This document shows positions 59,231 to 64,000 of a DNA stretch of 64,000 bases, piece by piece. The notes under the pieces were generated by a model that ran no database searches, was not told the origin of the DNA, and saw nothing but the letters and a program-made list of their open reading frames with translations. Origin of the DNA: Candidatus Pacebacteria bacterium CG_4_9_14_0_2_um_filter_40_15 (GTDB taxonomy: Bacteria > Patescibacteriota > Microgenomatia > UBA1400 > PJMF01); contig PFRS01000008.1 in NCBI GenBank assembly GCA_002788675.1, positions 3,233 through 67,232 of the forward strand. Reading direction: 5' to 3'. Position numbers and translations under genes: made by a program. Position 1 is the first letter of the stretch. Every line of letters starts with the position of its first letter.

Positions 59231-60151
59231 TTAAGACTCAGTTATTGCTGGTTGCTCACCGACTTCAAATGTAAATGTTTCGACCACGTCGTTAAGTAAG
59301 TTCATGTACTCAGGTGAGTTAATTTCAATCACAATAATATTACCATCTTTAGGGATGAGCAAACTTGTTGATGAATCAAGTGATGAACTCGATGTCGTTT
59401 TTCCTGCACATTGTGTGCCTGTTACAACTCCTCCTACAGATCGTTCAACTGCATCCCCGAGACACTCTATAGGGGTTTCACTGACTTGAATTTTGGCTTT
59501 GTGTTCCGTGTTTGTGTATTCACAAAATGCTTGGAGATCTTCATTGCTGTTTACATTGCTGGTGTCGATAAAGATAAATTTATTTTCACTGTTTGGTCGT
59601 TTTTCTGTTGGTGCGGTACATGAAACATCTTGATATGAAGTATTTTCTACATACGCAAAGCCAAATGAGTACTGATAATTGGTATAGCTGATTTTAGGAA
59701 CAGGTGGTGGGGATGGATCTGGTGGCAAAACTGCTGGCCCTTCGGGAGGGATTATATTTTCGGGGGTATTATAATTGAGCTGTGGAGCTGGAGATCCTAC
59801 GACAGGATTCTGTGCTTCAGAAATACCATCAAGTGCAATGGGCTGTTGAGCAAGGAGAAATTGATTGTAGAGGATGTATCCACCAAGTGCGAGGAGCACC
59901 AGTACCATCACACCAATTACCCCGTATACTTTCCAATTAGATTTCGAATCTGCAGAATCTATTATTTCAGGTTGAAGTGAACTTTGACTGCTTTCCGCTT
60001 GTTGGAAACTGGGTTGCGCTGTTAGCGGAACAACCGGTTGTGCAGGGGTATTACTAGTTTGTCCAGTTGAATCAACTGAAGTATCTATTGGACCAGAAGG
60101 GATCTGTGATTCTGTGGCGGGGGGAGTTATAGGGGTCAGGCTATCGGTCAT
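59231..60151 (-). CDS. Bitopic membrane protein with disordered N-terminus and Pro-rich linker
   Basis: P/S/Q-rich N-terminus, TM, YTNYQYSFGFAY...VVETFTF domain (PsbP-like by pattern). Confidence 0.65.
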   Translation of the reverse strand: MTDSLTPITPPATESQIPSGPIDTSVDSTGQTSNTPAQPVVPLTAQPSFQQAESSQSSLQPEIIDSADSKSNWKVYGVIGVMVLVLLALGGYILYNQFLLAQQPIALDGISEAQNPVVGSPAPQLNYNTPENIIPPEGPAVLPPDPSPPPVPKISYTNYQYSFGFAYVENTSYQDVSCTAPTEKRPNSENKFIFIDTSNVNSNEDLQAFCEYTNTEHKAKIQVSETPIECLGDAVERSVGGVVTGTQCAGKTTSSSSLDSSTSLLIPKDGNIIVIEINSPEYMNLLNDVVETFTFEVGEQPAITES

Positions 60152-60260
60152 ATATAGTACAGTGTACAAAAATACTACTGCATTTGACTAGTAGAGAATG
60201 ATGTTTTCAGTTATCGATGATCAAGAAAGATATGAAATCTGTTAGAATACAAATGAGGAA

Positions 60261-61103
60261 ATGGTATCTAGAAAGTACAGTATGGCAAAGCAAGCAAAAA
60301 AACGCGTATTATTGACCGGTGATGATGGATATAATTCACTGGGAACACGTTTGGTCATTGCGGCTCTTAGGGATGCTTTTGATTTACACATTGCTGGTAC
60401 GCTGCGTCAGCAGTCTGCCGTAGGTAGTAAAATTAGTATTCACAGTGGTTTTGAGTGGGGAAAAGATACGGTCGATGATGTCCCGGCGCTTTGGGTTGAT
60501 GCAACTCCGGCAGATGCCATTGAGTTAGCCACTGCCTATTTCGATGAACCATTCGACTTTGTTGTTTCTGGAGTAAACTGGGGCGCAAATTTAGGTGCTG
60601 CCATTCCGTCTTCGGGAACGCTGGGCGCAGCCCAGCGTACACTCGCTGTGGAGTTAGCTCCAAAAGCAATTGCATATAGTTGGGATCTCCCTGTTGAGAT
60701 GTACACCATGGCTCACAACGGTGTGGACTCGCTTGATGAATATATGGATTATCCAGGTAACTTAATTTTGCCAATACTTCAAAAGGCAATTAAAGCTAAC
60801 TGGTGGGATGCATCCCTTTTGAATGTGAATTTTCCTGCCAAAAAGAGTCTTGAAGCTAAATTAACTCAGTTGTTACCAAATTTAAAACAAATTTATACCT
60901 ACGATTCGAGCGAAGTGACTAAAAATCCTGAAGGAGGACACTTTAACTACACTGGCAACAGAAATATGGAGGCAGTTTTTGATGTTTCTACAGATGTAGG
61001 CGCGGTAAATTCAGGATATATTTCTATCACACCATGTAAGTATGATTATCAGGATATCGAAGCATTTGAAAAAAATAAACAGGTTAGCTTCCAGCTTAGA
61101 TAA
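60261..61103 (+). CDS. surE: 5'/3'-nucleotidase SurE
   Basis: VLLTGDDG, QQSAVG, TPADA, VVSGVNWGANLG, SGTLGAA, GYISITP. Confidence 0.88.
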   Translation: MVSRKYSMAKQAKKRVLLTGDDGYNSLGTRLVIAALRDAFDLHIAGTLRQQSAVGSKISIHSGFEWGKDTVDDVPALWVDATPADAIELATAYFDEPFDFVVSGVNWGANLGAAIPSSGTLGAAQRTLAVELAPKAIAYSWDLPVEMYTMAHNGVDSLDEYMDYPGNLILPILQKAIKANWWDASLLNVNFPAKKSLEAKLTQLLPNLKQIYTYDSSEVTKNPEGGHFNYTGNRNMEAVFDVSTDVGAVNSGYISITPCKYDYQDIEAFEKNKQVSFQLR

Positions 61104-61241
61104 TTTCATCTTTCAATCAAAAAAACTTTTGTTACAATAGCTACTCGTCCAAATGAAGAGCTGGAATGATCAGTTATTTTCGTTTGGATGTGATCGTTAA
61201 TTTCTTATCGTTAGTTTTAAAACCTCAACATAGGAGCAAAA

Positions 61242-61946
61242 ATGAGCATTAGTCGTTCGCACAATGTCCGAAATATCATATTCGTTGGTTTCTGTTGTTT
61301 CTTATTGCTGATGGTAGCAATAGCATTTGGGCTAAGATCAGAAGGAATTTCACACATTCCTAGCAGTTCTGTAACTAGTAGAAACACAGAACCTGCATAT
61401 GATCAGGTAACTATCAATCAATTAGACATGATAGGAGTTCCCCATCAGGCAGGAATAGTCACTCTTCCGTCTGAAGACCTCCGAGCTGCATTAACCCCTC
61501 AGGTTGTGACAGCTAGCTGGAGTCAGGATGCAATAGACTTCAAAGTACCTCCGGGATTAACGGCCATTATTTTGGAGGATGAACCATTATTTCAAGTGAC
61601 TACTGCCGTAGCATTTGAAATTAAACTTATTCCGGTTGTAGGTGTATATGACCGGTGTGAGTTACTGGCGGAGTCACGCCAATGGGCGAGTATCTATGCC
61701 TTAGATAATAGGATGGCTGGGGCAATGATGGCAGCTGATTGTGCTAGAGTTATTCATTCCATTAATCCGGCTGCTATAATTTTACTTAATAGTACTACGC
61801 CCCCTGATGAGCCCACGGGGAGACTGGGAAAGTCACTTCGAGAGCAGATTAGAGAGGTTGGTTTCTCTGACAACCAGATCGGTGGAGGTACCAAAGATGC
61901 CTTTTCAAAACAGCTGATCGAGTCCTTGGTAAAAATCTTACAATAG
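61242..61946 (+). CDS. Membrane-anchored hypothetical protein
   Basis: AGGAG ribosome-binding site; N-terminal TM; hairpin terminator near 61979-62011. Confidence 0.65.
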   Translation: MSISRSHNVRNIIFVGFCCFLLLMVAIAFGLRSEGISHIPSSSVTSRNTEPAYDQVTINQLDMIGVPHQAGIVTLPSEDLRAALTPQVVTASWSQDAIDFKVPPGLTAIILEDEPLFQVTTAVAFEIKLIPVVGVYDRCELLAESRQWASIYALDNRMAGAMMAADCARVIHSINPAAIILLNSTTPPDEPTGRLGKSLREQIREVGFSDNQIGGGTKDAFSKQLIESLVKILQ

Positions 61947-62069
61947 ATTAAATTTGACTAACAGTTAAGAAATAAGTATAGGCCTGCAGAAATGCAGGCC
62001 TAGTGTTTTTTTAAGTGTCTTTCCACTTGAAAAATACCCAAAAAACGCTATAATAGTAACCAGGTAAGT

Positions 62070-62100
62070 AAGGGAGGGGCTCAAGGATGAGCTCTTTTTC
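62070..62100 (+). promoter_or_regulatory. Terminator-like leader hairpin upstream of nusA
   Basis: AGGGAGGGGCTCA-agga-TGAGCTCTTTTT, just downstream of TATAAT at 62049-62054. Confidence 0.6.
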
Positions 62101-62204
62101 GTATTACCGCTAGTATTTAGAAACAAAGAAAAAAAGATAGCTAGTGAGGCGTACACGAGTCCATCGTGAAAACACATTCAATTCACTAGAGAAAAAAGGA
62201 ATCT

Positions 62205-63470
62205 ATGCAAACTACAAACAGTCGTGTCGTACGAACCGAATTTGCAGCTGCTATCGCTCAAATTGCAAGTGAGCGCAAAATTACCACTGAATCAATTTAC
62301 ACTGCAATTAAGCAGGCATTAGTTTCAGCATATCGTAAACAATATGGAGACTTAGAAGAAGAAGCTCATTATTTCGTTGAACTTAACGAAGATAATGGTG
62401 AATCTCGTATTTTTAAAGCTCCTGCAACTAAAGTCGATGAAGAAACAGGTGAAGTGCTCGAATGGGATGAAACCAAGTCTAAGGACGTAACTCCAGCAGG
62501 TTTTGGTCGCATTGCCGCTCAAACAGCAAAACAAGTCATCCTTCAAAAGATTCGTGAGTCAGAAAAAGATCAAATTATTTCAGAGTACGAAGATCGTATT
62601 GGTGAAATTATTACTGCTCAAATTCTTCGCATGGATGGCCGAAAAGTTGTTCTTGATCTTGGTCGAGGGCAAGGTCTTATGCCTCCAGAAGAACAGATGC
62701 GTGGTGAGTTCTACAAAGTGAACACCCGTATTACTGTTTTTATCAAAGAAATTCGTGAAACTCACCGTGGTCAAGCAATTATCGTTTCTCGTGCAGATGA
62801 GCAATTGGTTGTTAAACTTTTCGAACGTGAAGTTCCAGAAGTTCAAACAGGTTCTGTTAAAATTGAACTTATTGCCCGTGAAGCCGGTGTTCGCACAAAA
62901 TTAGCTGTTCGCTCAACCCAAGATGGTGTTGATCCAGTCGGTTCATGTGTGGGACAACGTGGTGTTCGTGTTCAGGAAGTTATTCGAGAACTCAATAACG
63001 AGAAGCTCGATATCATTCCTTGGACTGACGACAAACGATTACTTCTTCAAGGTGCACTAGCTCCAGCAGAAGGTCTTCAAATCACTATTAATGAAGAAGA
63101 TAGTCTCGTCGAAGTGGTTGCCCCTGATGATCAGCTCTCACTTGCTATTGGTAGAGGTGGACAAAATGTTCGCTTAGCTGCCAAGCTCACTAACTTTAAG
63201 ATCACTATTAAATCTGCAGATGGAACAGTTGAATCAGCAGTAACAGGTGAAGAAGAGTATGAGATCGACACTTTTGAAGGTGTTACTCCAGAAACTCGCG
63301 CATTCTTGGTAGATAATAAACTCACCACTCTTGGTGACTTAGCTCGATTCCAGAACAAATGGGTTGAGTCTGAAGAACTTGAAGCTGATCAAAAAGAAAT
63401 GCTTACCAAGCTCGTAGAAGAATTCATCGCCCGAGATGAGGAGATTAATTTACTTAGACAACAGCAGTAG
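62205..63470 (+). CDS. nusA: Transcription termination factor NusA
   Basis: FGRIAAQTAKQVILQKIRE, AREAGVRTKLAV, DPVGSCVGQRG, SLAIGRGGQNVRLA. Confidence 0.97.
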   Translation: MQTTNSRVVRTEFAAAIAQIASERKITTESIYTAIKQALVSAYRKQYGDLEEEAHYFVELNEDNGESRIFKAPATKVDEETGEVLEWDETKSKDVTPAGFGRIAAQTAKQVILQKIRESEKDQIISEYEDRIGEIITAQILRMDGRKVVLDLGRGQGLMPPEEQMRGEFYKVNTRITVFIKEIRETHRGQAIIVSRADEQLVVKLFEREVPEVQTGSVKIELIAREAGVRTKLAVRSTQDGVDPVGSCVGQRGVRVQEVIRELNNEKLDIIPWTDDKRLLLQGALAPAEGLQITINEEDSLVEVVAPDDQLSLAIGRGGQNVRLAAKLTNFKITIKSADGTVESAVTGEEEYEIDTFEGVTPETRAFLVDNKLTTLGDLARFQNKWVESEELEADQKEMLTKLVEEFIARDEEINLLRQQQ

Positions 63471-63526
63471 TTTACAGAGGAGCGCGCCGAAGGCGCGCGA
63501 CCTCTTCTTGAAGAAAGAAGGGATAT

Positions 63527-64000
63527 ATGGCACAACAAAAACGTCCACCAGTCATCACCATTATGGGCCATGTAGACCATGGAAAAACTACCTTGCTCGA
63601 TTACATTCGTAAAACAAATGTTACCGCAAAAGAAGCAGGTGGAATTACCCAACACATTGGTGCATACAACATTGATTACAACGGTACATCACTAACCTTT
63701 ATTGATACTCCAGGTCATGCAGCCTTTAACAAAATGCGTGAACGTGGTTCTCAAATAACAGACTTAGTTATCTTAGTTGTAGCAGCAAACGATGGCGTAA
63801 AGCCTCAAACTATTGAGTCAATTCGTCACATTAAAGCAAGTAATGTCCCTGTTATTGTTGCAGTAAACAAAATGGACTTACCTGACGTGAATCCTGATAT
63901 CGCTAAGTCTCAGTTAGCTGAGCATGGCATTATGGTTTCCGAGTATGGTGGTGACGTGGAAACCGTCGAAATTTCTGCACTTAAAGGTAAGGGTGTCGAC
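63527..64000 (+). CDS. infB: Translation initiation factor IF-2 (runs off window edge)
   Basis: Hand translation [47 protein letters not shown]...[10 protein letters not shown]. Confidence 0.96.
   Translation, partial: MAQQKRPPVITIMGHVDHGKTTLLDYIRKTNVTAKEAGGITQHIGAYNIDYNGTSLTFIDTPGHAAFNKMRERGSQITDLVILVVAANDGVKPQTIESIRHIKASNVPVIVAVNKMDLPDVNPDIAKSQLAEHGIMVSEYGGDVETVEISALKGKGVD

Noticed and set aside
1-64000. Alternative genetic code (UGA as Gly) as in some CPR lineages
   Set aside because: Long conserved genes are intact under code 11 and several genes end at TGA with sensible boundaries (6264, 27472, 38760, 53690).

Overview
Bacterial chromosomal segment, genetic code 11, AT-rich and gene-dense. 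It is most consistent with a Patescibacteria (CPR), Microgenomates-like genome; this is inferred from gene content and style (IF2 starting at the G domain, stand-alone 5'-3' exonuclease, type IV pilus genes, large Cys-rich surface proteins, no biosynthetic operons). Housekeeping content: pilO/pilN-like genes, murJ, rpsT, lepA, smpB, two cytidylate-kinase types, PBP-GH18-PBP, nrdR with a class II (B12-type) ribonucleotide reductase, a tsaC-tsaE fusion with tsaD, yidC, groES/EL, two tRNA(CAT) genes, a Xer-like recombinase, trpS, ftsH, hrcA-grpE-dnaK, dnaJ, surE, nusA and infB. The clearest signal missing from the ORF track is a complete ribosome-mediated Trp attenuator upstream of a racemase-trpS operon: an apparently leaderless leader peptide MNTTKSFLNKNWWTS plus 1:2, 2:3 and 3:4 hairpins. 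Other highlights are a variant CIRCE regulon at four loci and an 8-kb surface-protein insert splitting dnaK from dnaJ, including a protein with an internal RR/lipobox signal. The window also holds structured non-coding elements after groEL, dnaK and a tRNA, an atypical initiator-like tRNA, a stand-alone RnlA-like HEPN protein and a recurring -10 box directly before start codons. No CRISPR array, rRNA or transposase was seen. All calls come from reading the sequence; no database search was run.
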